Made by a program: the position numbers and the translations under genes. Under the pieces are notes generated by a model. It made no database searches and was not told where the DNA came from. It saw only the letters and a program-made list of their open reading frames with translations. This document shows positions 1-13,399 of a DNA stretch of 64,000 nucleotides, in pieces. The DNA lies in NCBI GenBank assembly GCA_964016885.1, contig OZ024743.1, forward strand, positions 368,032,001 through 368,096,000, read 5' to 3'. Origin of the DNA: Eledone cirrhosa. Taxonomy: Eukaryota. Positions within the stretch are counted from its first letter, which is position 1, and each line of letters begins with the position of its first letter.

Positions 1-92
1 TACCTGGAAGGGAAGTCTATATACTAAATCCAATTAACTCGCACAACTGTTATATCAGAAGACCAAAAGAGAATTACCCCACTAATTTGGCC

Positions 93-174
93 ATGGCCAA
101 AACTTACCAATTACTTTGGTCAATTTTATTATTTTTGTGTATAAACGACTACACAAAATGTTCAGCCAGGCAAA
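93..174 (+). CDS. First coding exon (signal peptide) of a discoidin/F5-8C-domain secreted or membrane protein, Caspr/neurexin-IV-like or DDR-like
   Basis: ATG in strong context GGCCATGG. Reads MAKTYQLLWSILLFLCINDYTKCSARQ (basic N-terminus, hydrophobic core, CSA cleavage-like site), then one base A and a consensus donor GTAAGT at 175-180 (phase 1). Phase-compatible with the exon at 56298. Confidence 0.8.
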
Positions 175-999
175 GTAAGTTCTTTTATTATATGTATGCC
201 TATAAATATACACCTGTTTTAAATTTCACTTAAATATGAATACTGTTTAATCATCACATTTAATTTTCTTTGACAAGCAAAACAATAATGATATTATCCA
301 GAAACTTCTAATTAATTGTTTTTATTAATAAATAATAACTTCAATATGTTTTATAATTCTTTTATTCTTGTTTACATTTCCGACATTTCTTTTCCCCCGT
401 TGCTTATCTTAATCTCTAACACGATGGATGACCAATACTAATATTTATTGGTAGAAGATAGAAAGACAAAAAACACGTATAGTATTTTTTTTAAATTAGC
501 GTTATTTGAATTACAGGAAATCCATTCTGAATTTCTCTAAACCTTGCTGAATGTAGAGCAACAGGTACACTTTGCCAAATAGTTGTAATTTCTTTACCTA
601 TAATCTTCTAAAATTAGGTCAAATATTCGGCATGCATTTTATCAGTAATTGACCTTCCTTTACTAAATAATATGGCCAGTTTCTTTTTCATGTCGTAGTC
701 GAATAAACATATTTTAAATTTAATCATGTATAGAAACCAAATTCTACAATATTTACATTCAATTATAAAAGTAGTTCGTTTTCTTTGTTTGTTAATGTTC
801 GTTAAAATTCTAATTTAACTCTTGTTAATCTTTCTTAATTATTTAAAATCCTATCGAAGTTTTCTTAGTTTTATAATTTCATTGTACTTTTGAAATATTT
901 TTGTCACTCACACCTAAATCCCAGCAGCGTTACTATTCTAAATATAATTATCAGTGTTTCGGGAAATTCCACGTTTTTGTAACTTTGTAAGTATTGTTT

Positions 1000-1175
1000 A
1001 AATCGTTGGCGGCTCACATTACTGAGCTGTCGGGTGATGCTCGCGATGGTGCCTAGTTGTTTTAGCGCCTTAGCCTCGTTATTACCCGCAATCATGCTTA
1101 CCTCAATTTCCGTTGACCCTTGTGCGGCCGACTGTAGCACTTGGTGGTGAATTGATGGTCGTTTTTTGTTTTTGT
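1000..1175 (+). mobile_element. CRE-like non-LTR retrotransposon, 3' end fragment
   Basis: Degenerate TELSGDARDGA*LF*RLSL. Its reverse complement (cgaccatcaattcaccaccaagtgc...caagggtcaac) matches 49177-49230 at the 3' end of the larger CRE copy. Confidence 0.65.
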
Positions 1176-1254
1176 CTTCTTTCTCTCGCTTTGATTGTAT
1201 ATTTTGGTGCGTTGTATTTGTAAGGTTCCTAGCAACAGTTAATTGTGTTTATTT

Positions 1255-1451
1255 GGATTGACGGTATCGGAGAACATACTTTATGGCATTGAGTTACGGC
1301 CATTTACGTTCTGAGTTTAAATCCCGCCGAGGTTAGCTTCGCTTTTCGATAAAATAAAGTACCAGTAACACATTTTGGTCGATTTAATTCCCCCCCTCCC
1401 CCCCCCCCCCCCTAAAAAAATGGCTGGCCTGGTGCCTAAATCAGAAATTAT
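1255..1451 (+). mobile_element. tRNA-derived SINE with Deu/Nin-like core
   Basis: gagtttaaatcccgccgaggttagc...gataaaataaagtaccagt...gctggcct...(att) tail, as in the other copies; expanded poly-C at ~1390-1412. Confidence 0.75.
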
Positions 1452-1929
1452 GTGTTTATATTTCCATTCAGAGAGAATTTTGAACAATTTTTAATGTTAT
1501 TCATACAACTGAACAAAAGTAGACTTCTGTAAATAAGACTCCTTACTATTGGAGGGAAAAGAATTCCCAAAATCAATATTTTCTTCCTAATTAAACAACA
1601 GGTATTGAATATCCACTATATTTTAATTGTATTTACGAAATAAATGTTATACGATTAAGGTAAAAAGAAAGAAGAAACATGTGCGTTCTTTCAATTATAC
1701 ACTACGACAAATAGTATTAAAAGATTTTTGGGGCAACCCCAAAACGGGATATAAACACAGTACCTTCATAGTAAAACCTAAAACAGTAAAAGGTAAACAA
1801 AATCTATTTATAGTTTTTATCTACCACAGTAGCTATTATGTCAGTTAAATTACATTATGAAATGTAATTTACCCTATTAAGAATAAACTAAAATTATATA
1901 TTAAAATTCTGTATTTTTTTTTCTGTGTG

Positions 1930-2680
1930 GTTTTATCATGGGCCAAAAATACTAGCGGCATTATTGGGCGGATAGCGAGGCCGAGTCGCAGGAATAGCCA
2001 ATCACATTCACGAGCACCACTTAATACTCCAGTAAGGCTAGAGATGAACGATAACAAAAACTTCGTTGTCAGCGGCCCAGCTCCACCAAGCTGAAATTTG
2101 TAATTTCCCAACAAATTGTGATATTTCAGCCAGACCTTTCACCAGGCTTGCTGGAGGTGGCTTCAGAACATCTGGCAGAACATCACATAATTCGTGATAA
2201 TTCTAAGGCAGAATTTCGTAATAAGCATATCACGGTAAATGTTTCTAAATCTCAGGATGCTCTATTGAAAAGAAGGTTGGGGACGGGGTGCAATACCGTT
2301 CTCTCTTCCTTAGCGACAAGCGCATATTTCAGTAATTCCGTTCAACTATAGATTCAATAACTTCCACTTCATCCACAGCATTTAGGATATGTTTTGGAGC
2401 GAATCGCAAAACATTGGCGTCCGTCTGGCCTCTTCTCACTGACCTTGGACAATCTCAGTGGCTTCAGGATTGAGAGGCTATTAGCTCTGGCTAGGGTTCC
2501 AATTTTGGAAAAAAGTAGAAAAATGGAAATAAATGATGTTTTTGTTTCGTTTTCAGATAAAGCGTGTTTCACCCCCACAACTGTTGCCACTGTTACAAGT
2601 CACGTATTGTTAGTTAATAAACGACTTCAGATTTTTATTCCATTTAATGTATCTAGTGACGGTATCTAGGTCCAACATTT
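1930..2680 (-). mobile_element. CRE-like retrotransposon, decayed fragment
   Basis: ORF 1869..2114 contains GGAGPLTTKFL...GARECDWLFLRLGLAIR, the C-terminal restriction-like endonuclease region also seen at 8370-8520 and 49265-49477. Confidence 0.65.
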
Positions 2681-4138
2681 TCTTCGAGAAATATTAAAAA
2701 AAAATTTGTTATTTTCATATCTTATTTCTCGTTCTTTTTTTAAAACAACTTTGACCTTCAGCTTCGAACTATTTATTATAGTCAACAAAGGAGTTTCTGG
2801 ATAGACGTTCGATTTGCTAGAAATAATATTCACATCTCGCTGAGTTTACACATTATATCTTAAATAAGAAGGTCACGTTGGACAAGGGACATAATCTTAG
2901 TTTCATTCGGAATAAACTATTGAAATATGATTTATTGGTAAATTATATTTTTCAACCTGTGGCATTCGAAACATTCTGAGGATCTTGGCTGCTGACTAAT
3001 GTTTTAGCCAGCACCCTCACATTACTATCGCCCGTGGCAATGCCACGTGTGTCTTGACGGGCTTCTAAAACTTCTAGAGGGAAACAAGTATTCCCTGTTG
3101 TAATGTGTAATTGAGTGTGCACGTCTTCACCCGTTTTTTTTTTTTTTTCACTCTTAGACTTTTTTCTAGTTGATTTGTTTCTGTTGCAAATCATATAATA
3201 TAATTGGAAGTAAAATGTGATAACATTGAAAGCGAATAAACGATGTGACGAAACGATAGCAGGTAAGAAATGAATGAAAATACGAAAGAAAAGTTTGCAA
3301 AATATAAACATTAATCCTAGGCACTTTATTTCGTAATAATTATAAAGCTAACTTTCGGAATAAGAATATCCACCATAATTTAAAAAAAAATTTGTTGGCG
3401 CATCATTGAAAACTAGAGGGCAGTGCCCTCAATGTCCCTTTCCTCATGGCGACGGGCCCAGCCATACTATTTATGCATGATCTTATGTTGTTGTTGTTTA
3501 GCGCCAATTAAGCGCTGATCGAGAAGACCGATTAAAAGTATTCCAGTCAAGACTGTGCAAGTTTTATTGTTAAAAGATTCAGAAGACTAACTATAGAAAT
3601 CTATTGCTTACTTTATCTTAAACTTGTGTAAAACAAAATTAAGAATAACAATTTTGGAGAAATCTTCCCATGGTTACCAAGACCAACAAAGCTTGTATCT
3701 TATTTCATTTATACCCAGTGCTATTTGCAAGAAATAGCAACCAAATCTTACTCATATCACACGCTGCTGTCTTAAAAAAAAGGACACTGTGTCGGGGAAA
3801 AATATGGAAATGGCCATAATGGAAACAAACTATATTTTTGAAAATCGCAGTAGGATGGGATTTTACGGAGATTTTGGCAGATATTACTATCAAGTCGAGT
3901 GACGGCGTAAAGGATTCCTCGTTGGTTCTTGCCATGACATTAAGTGGTTCCACTAGGCAAATCACATCGACTTTTTTTATTCAGTGTTTATGACATGACA
4001 TAAAATCAGAAATCAGTGATTCTTTTCTATGCTGAATTTTGATTAACAAATATTGAAAATAGAATTAGTGTTCTCCGTAAATAGACTATAAAAAATAGTC
4101 TAATATTAGGGTATATGAAGCCCCGATAATGGAAAAAA

Positions 4139-4206
4139 TGTAGCGAAATCGGTTAGCATATTTATTGTGAAAATACAAGGTGTGGGTTCGATCCCCACAC
4201 AAGCTA
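4139..4206 (+). pseudogene. tRNA-like sequence (pseudo-tRNA or SINE head)
   Basis: A-box-like TAGCGAAATCGG, B-box GGTTCGATCCC, T-stem gtggg/cccac, stem tattt/aaata with a 7-nt loop. The acceptor stem does not pair. Confidence 0.5.
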
Positions 4207-4914
4207 ATGCCCATTTGTTCCGTTGAGGGGGTTCATATGCTCGAATAGACTGGTTTCTGTAAACTTAAAGATGAAATCTGTTGTCAATTTATGGTAAAAG
4301 CTTCTAATTCTATTTTCAATCGTTACCGTATATTCACAGCTTTTATTGATGTGACCGTTTTTTTCCTATATTGTTAATCAACTTCTAATTAGTAATAATT
4401 TATTTGAATATTTACTAATTTATTTTGAATATTTTCTTATGTACTTTGCAATAGTAAATGATAAAGTAAATAATCCCATTCGTCTTTGTAAGAGGGAAAC
4501 ATTATTGAAAGCATTAATTGTAATTTTAAAAAATTAAGTGAATTTCACTTGCTTCACAAGGTTAGAACATTTAATGAGATTATATTTAACAATGAAAGAA
4601 AGAAGAGAACCAACATCGCAAGTTAGTATTGAAAATGTTGGCAATTGCATTTGACCTAAATCGTGTTGATGACTAACATCGTAGGTGGAAGTCTCTGGTT
4701 TGGTATAAAAAAAATCCAATAATTTTTAAAACCTCTCATTTTATTCTTTCTATATCAATAATCTAACATGCTTTTCATTATTATTTTTCTTGTTTAATTT
4801 TATAAAAAAACAACAACAAAACAATGCCGCCATTTAATTCTAAATTAATTTAGATTATAGTCATGCGTCAAGTGACCAGGAGAACTGCGTGGTTGAACGA
4901 TTTTGTAACTATGT

Positions 4915-5347
4915 ATCAGCCTTCGTGCTCCGGCTTTTCACCACCTTCATCACACACTAGAGGGGTTAACTTGCTTCTCCCTGTCTCACCCCTCCCACCT
5001 TCATCGTCAGATTCGATTGGAATTAGTCCACTTCACCCCTTTACTCATACCACTACTCCTGCAACAGCTAGCCTGGGTCTCCAATGCCACCTGCCCTCCA
5101 CCTTAGTTCTATTGCTAATGTTGATCACTGTCTCATTGCTCACCTGCCCACACTGCTATCCCCTCCTCGTTTGAATTCTAATGTTTATCATTCCGAGGTG
5201 GTTGCTGTCAATTCACAATCAAATAGCGTTCTCCATCCACTCAAGTCACTATTTGAAGTCCATCATGCCTTACTTGTGTTGTCAAAGCTACCACAGGTGC
5301 CTTGCTGGAAGTATAAAGGTCAGTGATGTCATTTGGCTGGAGGGCCT
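4915..5347 (+). mobile_element. CRE-like element, segment upstream of the Gypsy insertion
   Basis: EVHHALLVL...PCWKY and DVIWLEGLV align with IELH... and FDSLIFTKLKGLVNV of the CRE copy near 50180-50330. Confidence 0.45.
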
Positions 5348-7600
5348 TGTCGGAAACAGAAGGGCGGAGTGACGTCCTGTAATGAGAACCAAGAAGTAGC
5401 AGCAGAGTCGAATGCCTTCTCTCTCCCTCTCTCTATCAATCAGTTAGGGAAGCAGGTTGTTGTTTTTGCTTTGTGTGTTGGAGTTATATGGTTATATTTT
5501 CTGTCCAGCAAATATAACAGATATACTCCATTCTAGACAAGATCAACCAGTGAGGCTTCCCTTGAGGTTGGAGAGCTATATCTTTCCCACCTTGTACCAC
5601 AAGCTTTCAACATTGTGTGTTATTTTTTTAAATTTTCTTTTATTCCTGGCTGCAGACAATATGTCGACAAAGTTAAGAACTCGTAGCAATGTCATCAGAC
5701 CCTTCTGTGACGAGGATGTTGTTATCACTTGGATTCAAAAGATCAAGGTAGTGGCTAGTTTGCAAGACATCAAAGATGTGACAGGCCTCATGGCACTGTA
5801 TTTGGAGGGAAATGTGTTGGCATTGTGCCTTGAGATGGACATGGAGAAGATTGCCTAAAGGAAGCATTCACAGAAGGGTTGTACCCTGTATTTGCCAAAC
5901 TAGGAAAGGCAAGATGGATGGGAGAGTAGGTGGACATGCATGTGACAGAAATTTGAAGATTGGCCATACTCTCTTGAAAAGTCTGTGTGGTTGGCGTTCA
6001 TAAATGGCTTCCCTGATGAAATATTAGTACGGCTGCTGGACAACAAGATGATGTCCATGAGTCAATTGCTCAAGCCTGTGTATCGTTGCAAAACACCGGA
6101 TGGAATGCTGCGGCACTTGTAGCTATGGAAACATAGAACATCAGGCAGTGTCTGACAACTGATAAGGAAAGAAGCAGCTGTGATCAAAGGTCAGTGCTTT
6201 AGGTGTCAGGTTCTGCACATAGCAAGGGACTGCAAGGAGCTGAAACCTGAGCCAGTTTTCTACTGGTGTAAGCGGACAGGCCACATCAACAATTGTAGCC
6301 AACGAAATGGTCAAAGTGGGTCTAATGTGTTGGGCACTTTCCCTACAAGTGAATAGGCACTCTAGCAGTCACTGTCCATAGTGGAGGTTCTAGTGGGAGG
6401 AAGGTGCCAAAAGCCCTCATGGACACAGCTGCATGACTTTAGTAACCCCGGAAATGGGTAAAAAGTGGAGCGGAATGATCAGTGGGAGGGCAGTTGATGG
6501 CAGAGAGATCAAATGGAAAGGCAGTGGAGATGGTGGTACGAGGAACAAGAATAAGGTTACAAACAATTGTGATCAACCATGTAGTTGATGTGGTGATTGG
6601 CATGGATACAATCGGCTGTTTAGTTGTTAGAGAGGAAGGGGTAATGTTTGGTTCAAGAGCGCCATATAGAGTGAGTGTGCAACAGGAGAGTTGGAAGAGC
6701 TCTGAAGCAAAATGTGCTGCACACACCATTGAAGATGAGGATTTTAGGCTATGTTCGATGGTCAGCGGTGGACAGTTGAGTGGTACTGGAAGGGAGAGGC
6801 CCCAACATTAAGTAATAAAGTGAACTGCTATCACCATACCCTGAAAGGAGATAGCAAGAGTGAGTTTGATGGAGAGATGGATTGTGGAGGGTATTTTAAT
6901 CTGGAAGGAAGAGGTAAAGAGCAGACTGTTGCTGCTAATGACAGAGGTGCAGCTGATGAAAAACATGGTCAGGCCGATACTGGACTTTCAAGAGTTGAAC
7001 AACCACATATGTGGTGAGGTTACAGACATCTCTGCAGGGAAACCTTGCGAGAGTGGAGACAGATGACAGTGGTGGTGGGGGTATGCTTCCACAATCATTG
7101 GCGTATCTGCAGCTACACATGGCTGAGAAACTATGGAAGTATCAGTTGGTAAAATATAATGGTCAGACATATTGTTTGACCAAACTGGGGTTTGGGTTGA
7201 ATTCAGCACCAAAGATCATGGTGATGGTTCTCAAAGCCCTCCTGAGAAAGGTGGACATGGTGAAAAGAGCCACCAACTCCTAAATTGATGGTATCATAGT
7301 GGATAAGACCATGGTGTCAGCAATAGAGGTCATAGACCACCTAAAGAGGTCATAGACCACCTAAAGAGGTTTGGATTAACTACAAAACCTCTGGAGGTGA
7401 CGAATATAGGAGCTGCATTGAGACTCAAGTTGTGAAAAGATATGGCGGGCATATTGACATTTCAGAGGGGAAATAAAATCTCGGAACTGGGTACTGGTAT
7501 GAACAGACAAGAACTGTTCTCAATGTGTGGGAGACTGGTGGGACATTAACCAATTACGGGGTGTTTCCGAACAGCGTGTAGCCATGTCAAGAGACGAGCA
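5348..7600 (+). mobile_element. Decayed Gypsy-like LTR retrotransposon (probable 5' LTR 5348-5612, gag, protease, RT; 3' part missing)
   Basis: TGTCGGAA...TTCAACA termini. Gag-like IRPFCDEDVVITWIQKIKVVA; CCHC-like CFRCQVLHIARDC and WCKRTGHINNC (~6195-6300); protease-like ALMDT (~6415); RT AYLQLH..YCLTKLGFGLNSAPKIM..S*IDGI. Many stops and frameshifts. Confidence 0.85.
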
Positions 7601-8600
7601 GACAGGGACCAAGCTGCATTGTCCAAATGATTTGGGGTGGCTATGTCTGTGTAAATGTTTGTCTCTGTCTTTTCCCTGCTTTCTTACCCTCATCCATGCT
7701 TGCTCTCCTCTCGAACATTGACCTGATCTAACATGGAAATGGATGAAGCTCTACTACAGTCGAGGGAGCTAGGTTTGTCAGTTCCTGATACAGAGGAGGA
7801 TCGACTGAAGCAGAGAGTTTGGTACAATCTGCATTCGAGAGACACGTTCAACTCTCTTGATTAATCTGATCATTTCTTGAGGTGTCACCTACTTTCTGTG
7901 AGAGCAAAATTCTCAGGACTGGGTTGATGCCATGCTTGTAGCCAACATCAGTGGTCTACACAGTCTGGATGAGCTTCACATCTCCATTGCACTCAGAATA
8001 GGAGCCAATGTCTGTGGAGCACTGAAATGTCACTGTGGTTGGTCCCTCGACACCACCAATCTCAATAGTTTGTTGTGCCACCTGAATGCTGGTCGTCTCC
8101 CTCGCTACCTGAGCTAAACTTAAGTGGGCCTTGGGTAGGGTAAATATCACCTCAATTCTGGAGTGGGTTATAGTGTTGATGGGAACAGATCAGGTGGTCT
8201 TACCCGTTGTCTGTGGGTGAGAGGTAGATGTTTCATTTAAGATACCACAGTCAGCGACTCTTTTGCCCCTTCCCACATCCTGGATGTTGCGGTAAGTGTG
8301 AGGGTCACTGTTTCTGTAGCTGAATGGAATAAAAATTAAAAATATCAGAAATTATCAACAAACTATTTTTTGCAGCCTGTGGTGTTCGAGATGTTTGGAG
8401 GAGCTGGGCAGCTGACAACAAAGTTCTTGTCATTGTCTTACTGAGGTATCAGGTGATGCATGTGAGGGTGCTTGGTTGTTTCAGTGCCTTAGCCTCACTA
8501 TCAACGATAGTAATGCTGTCAGTGTGTTGGCTTGTCTCAAAAAGTATTAGAGGGAGACTCCTGCACTCCTTGTGGTGTGTGTCTGATTGGCACAGTGTTG
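7600..8600 (+). mobile_element. CRE-like retrotransposon, 3' portion
   Basis: ISIALRIG..KCHCGWSLD..LLC zinc-finger-like motif and YFLQPVVFEMFGGAGQLTTKFL endonuclease region; colinear with 49260-50150 on the minus strand. Confidence 0.8.
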
Positions 8601-9309
8601 ACTTAATATTTTCTTTCATTTTGATTCTATATTTTCCTGTAAAATATTTATATAATTAATAGAAATATATCTGTATGTGTTGAATTTTGACAGCTATGGC
8701 ATTTGTGTTTGTAATTTTAAACTATTTATATTGTCAGCATATTTGTTTGAGGAAAAATGTGAACTTTGCTATTATGTAATTTCATGTACATCATTTATTT
8801 CGATATAATAAAATCATTTGTTATTTATATAATGAATAAGACTATACAGATTAGCCAACTGTCAGAGTTAACCAATAATATTGTATATACATATTGTTCA
8901 TTGAACATAATAAACAGAGTGATGGATAATTTTAGAAATAAATTTCAAATTTTTAAAAATATTTTATAATTTATCCATTTCATAATATTTCATGTTAGCT
9001 GTAAGTATCTAACTTTTGATATTCTGATTCTGTAATTACCTCAAGACAATTCACTATTTGAAATATTTTGCAAAAGCAAAATTGAAGCTAATAAAATATT
9101 CATATAAACATCATTTTAGAACTGAATTTGTTCATTTTCATAAATTGCTTTTGGAATACAAGTATTGGCTTCCATGAGCAAATCATTCGACTTGTAATTT
9201 CTAACCATTAGTACTACAGTTATAAATATCTAGTAAACTTATTAATATCACATTCCAATGTAACAGTTTAGTTTATTTGGATAATACATGCCTAGGATGC
9301 TTAACTTAA

Positions 9310-9472
9310 TAAGTCCTAGGTCAACTCTAATCAAGCAGACCTATGATTAAAAGCAGTCCCTTTGTGGCCATTTCCATATTATCTAGGAAGATATTATCCA
9401 ATGTGTCCTTCCTTTTTTTAAGAGAGCAGCATGTGATTTGAGGGTGATTTGGTTGCTATTTCTTGCAAATAG
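9310..9472. repeat. Unclassified short interspersed repeat family
   Basis: gcagacctatgat...tgtgatttgagggtgatttggttgctatttct. Related segments at ~2800-2890, 3500-3780, 33410-33490, 42400-42520 and 48205-48265. Confidence 0.5.
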
Positions 9473-9790
9473 CATTAGGTGTAAATGAAATAAGATACAA
9501 ACTTTGTTGAAGATTTCTCTAAAGGTATTGAAAAGGTTTATCATTCAGAGATATAGTTGGAATATTCCAAATATGAAAAGCCTTTGCTGTATTCATGCTT
9601 TTTTTTATATCTGATTGAGTCACTCAGGCATTTTCCCTTCCCAGTAACTAGATATTTCAGGAACATGATAGCTATCTCCAAAAGGTATTTGACACTATAT
9701 CATTAGTGATAATTGTAGAATGTCCCCAGTCTCTAATATATAATATCTGATGAGTTCATTGGTTGCTCTGGTGTGACGTTTGAGAATATA

Positions 9791-10680
9791 TAGGGTGCGC
9801 TAGTTTTTTAAAGACATTTGCATGAATTTAGAAAAATATGCATAGCACACCAAAGAAATGCTATATTTAGATACAAATTGGTACAAATATTATTTACAAT
9901 AAATGTATGCTATCTAACAATGTATCCTAACTTAGCTACAATGACTCTTCAATATGGGTCTGAAGTGGTGACATACCTGAATCAGATGACCTCTATCAAT
10001 ACTGGACATTGTGCTGGTAATGGCTGACTTGAGAGATTCTATAGTGTTGTGAGGGTGATGATTGACTTCTCTTTCAACTATGCCTCATACATAATAGTCC
10101 AGAGGATTGGAGTCTGGTGAGCTAGGAGGCCATGTGTCTGGAAGAACATGATCATGGAGATTGTCACGTATCCATACTTATGTTGTTCTGGCCTTATGAG
10201 AGGGTGTGGAGTCTTACTGGAAGACGAACGGTCTTCCGTTGCTTACCCTGTCTATCCAGGGCATCACAACTGTCTCCAACACCTCTTTGTAGACAGCAGC
10301 ATTGAGTCTTGAACCCTGAAAAAAAAAAGAAATGAAGCAGCTTGATGCCTCCCTCAATGCTGATGACACCCAGAACCATCATAGTCGCTGGAAATTTGGT
10401 GTCGATGACCATTGAAATCTCATTTGGGTCTCTGCATAGTCATCTATCATTCTTTTGGTCCTGATCAAAGTTTTTCTCATCAGAAAAGAGCCAAAACATT
10501 CTAACTTCTTGATGTTTTGTACAGACCAAACTATTTTACTTTTGTCAGTCAATATAAACTAGCCTCTGCATCACATATGACTTGTATCAGATGTCTTCAT
10601 GGACACATCTTCTGATGGTGCATTCTGATACCTTGAGGTCCTTTGTGATGGCTCTGATTGACTTTCCTGAGGTTTTAACG
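9791..10680 (-). mobile_element. Tc1-like DNA transposon remnant
   Basis: Minus strand gives TKFPATMMVLGVIS..G and WPPSSPDSNPLDYYV (10095-10132); tatagggtg terminus near 9790; disrupted frame. Confidence 0.8.
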
Positions 10681-11066
10681 ATTAATATTTAAACTTATTT
10701 TTACAAACTTAGGCATAAGAATAATTGTATAAGAATGTGGGAAGGTGTATGGGTTAAGGAGGGGAAGATTGATAGATCTAGTGTCGTCTGGATGTTTGCT
10801 TCATCTTGTGTACAAGGGAGGTTAAAGTGAATGAATGCTTAAATGAGAACATGCATATGCACTGAGACAAAAGCGAATGCTTATAGCATTTGTATGAGCT
10901 TAATTTTTTTTTTTTTTTTCATGAATGAAATGAAGATATATGAAAATATATTTATCCTTTTCTCAATTTCAAGCATGGAAAAATGGAGGTAAAATGATGA
11001 TGATCCTTAAATCTCTGCTATTTTAAAGACCATGTTTATCCTGCATAAGCAAGATTATGAATTGTT

Positions 11067-11270
11067 TAACCCTCTAGCATTTACATTACTTTATATTTAC
11101 TGTTAAACACTTTATTTCACATAATTATCTCACACTATATTGAATCTATGAGATTTTGATATTATTTATTTTGAGAACAATACTTTAACATAAGTATGAG
11201 CTGCCAGTTACAGCCAGTTTGAACAGAAAGAGGTGAGAATTCTGGCTGGATATGGCTGGTTTAAATGCAG
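11067..11270. mobile_element. Possible piggyBac-like MITE remnant
   Basis: Starts TTAA-CCCTCTAGCATTTA and ends with a degenerate taaatgc inverted match; right TTAA not preserved. Confidence 0.35.
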
Positions 11271-11914
11271 GTACCAAATGCAGACAAATTGAATTAAAAT
11301 ATTTTTCACACATTTTTATTTATATATTTATACATTCGTATGTATTTACCTACTGTTACTCACAGTGGAAAATATATACTCCCAAAATTACATGCCATAT
11401 GATGGATAACATTCTACAATGTTTGTAGAACTATAAGACTTTCATTAATTCTTTTCTATATTTCCATTTTTAGGGATTTACTGCTGTCTTTCTAAGATGG
11501 CAATATTAGAATACATAAGCACATATCGAAAGATTATCATCAGCTTATGGTTAATGTTAAAATTAAACTAAACTCAGGAAATTAGAGCTGAGGAGTTAGG
11601 AGCAACTTGAAGTATCATGTTATCTCTCGTTTTAAAAGTAATTGAAATTTATCATCGTTATATTGTAGGTATGAGTCAGACATTTTTCAAGAACTTATGT
11701 TACATACTACTTCTATTGGAAATTATCCTAATTATTAAATTTGTTCTATATTTATACTAACTCGACTAGCTATCTTCATCCTATGCCTTGTATTTGTGAC
11801 CTACTTCTCTAACCAACTCTTATCATGAACAGGTTTATCTTGATTTTAGCTGGAACCAGCTTAAATAATAGTTTTCATTGATTTCATTAGAGGTTAATAT
11901 CTTCCATTATTATC

Positions 11915-12022
11915 AGCCGAGGTTAACTTTGCCTTTCATCCTTACGTGGATAATAAAATAAAGTCCCAGTAATGCACTGGGATAATTGCTGGCCTTGTGC
12001 TAAAAGTAGAAACAATTATTAT
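11915..12022 (+). mobile_element. Deu/Nin-like SINE, 5'-truncated, short subfamily
   Basis: gaggttaactttgcctttcatccttac...gcactgggataattgctggccttgtgc..aaagtagaaacaattatt. Confidence 0.75.
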
Positions 12023-12552
12023 CATAGTGCTTTGACAGTTTTATTTTTTTTCCACTTTATTAACCTTGATTTTATTTGATTCACATTGCTTATCCAGAAA
12101 ATCAAACCTGTTTTACCATGTTTACTCATTTTAAAAAGCTCTACATGCTTATCATTTAATGCCTTTCAAAGATGAGGTATATTCCAAATTCTAAGCAAGA
12201 ATGAAAACATAATCTGCCTCTTTAGTTTTTAGTTATTATTCAATTCTTGTCAGAAGTCTTCTTTGGATGTAATTTTCTCATTTAACTTGATTAGAGACTT
12301 AGAATTAAAGTTTTATCAGGTGTTTTGAAAGTTAGATTTAATTAAGGATTGCACTTTGGAAAGATTGCTAATTGAAATAAACAATTGTTTATGATTTGTT
12401 CAAAGTTTCCTAAAGTTCTTAGAAACTCACTGTTGAGCAGTCTATGTAATAAATTATTTTAATTTATTGGAAAATACATTGAAGATAAAATGTTTCTCAA
12501 AAATGTAATTAACGTTGGGTTATTATGTTTATACAGATTCTCTGAGAGTCTG

Positions 12553-12727
12553 CTGAAAAATTCATAGGTTGACCAAGATACTCTCATGGAATGACCAAAA
12601 GAGGTTTATTTTTCAACATAGTCCTTGGAAAAAAACAATGCAGTTATTAATAAGAGTTGAAATTAATGCATACAAGATTTCACAGCTCTAGCACCAATCC
12701 ATCATAGTCAGCCTATGAACTTTTCAG
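12553..12727. mobile_element. Internally deleted mariner-like MITE
   Basis: TIRs ctgaaaaattcataggttgac (12553-12573) and gtcagcctatgaacttttcag (12707-12727), 19/21 complementary. Confidence 0.65.
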
Positions 12728-13399
12728 ATATATTTATTTTCATCTGTTATTCAGAGGATTTCAAATAAAAAAAAAGATTGTTTCTTAATTGCATCACACT
12801 TTGCCAAACATTTATTATATCTTGATATTTCTGGTCTGAAATGTATCCCTAGTTAGTTGAAAAGTCAAAATATGTGATACAGGATGTCTTTCTTTTCTCA
12901 TGTCAAATATGTTGTTCGACTGAGTAAACTACAATCATGCATTGATGTGAATGATCTTTTTATATTTCACACTTCTGTTGTATTGGCATCAATCTATTTT
13001 ATAGCAATGATGGCAGAATTTAGTGGAGCAGTGTACTGCTATAAAACCTTTCCTAAATAGCATGACGTGTTTTGAAAAACAAGTTTTCATTACCAATCTG
13101 CTGCATAATTATTAATCTGTGACCTTTTTATTTGCTACCATATTTTGGAGTATTTCCCTTTAATCTCTTTCTCGATCAAATTGTTTTCATTCCCAATACT
13201 ATTTCTTGCAATTGTTTATTCTGATCTCAGAAGACTTGTGAAGACCATGGCCACTGCTACTACCTCACAGACTTAGTAAGAAAGAAATTAGAATTGTCAA
13301 CAATGAAACTACAAAGCACCTATCACCTTTTATTATCTTCATTAGCTGTTATTTCTTTAACTGATTTAAGACCATATTTCAGATTCTTCTTTATGAAAA

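Noticed and set aside
18-27. TATA-like tatatata upstream of the ATG
   Set aside because: TA runs are ubiquitous here and the transcription start is unknown.
3029-3459. Weak inverted match gcccgtggcaatg / catggcgacgggc as hAT-like MITE ends
   Set aside because: Only ~11/13 matches and no TSD found.
4139-4206. Functional tRNA gene
   Set aside because: Acceptor stem does not pair and the anticodon assignment is ambiguous.
7326-7370. 20-bp tandem duplication in Gypsy RT (similar small duplications at 29502-29538 and 35012-35066)
   Set aside because: Ordinary slippage in decayed sequence.
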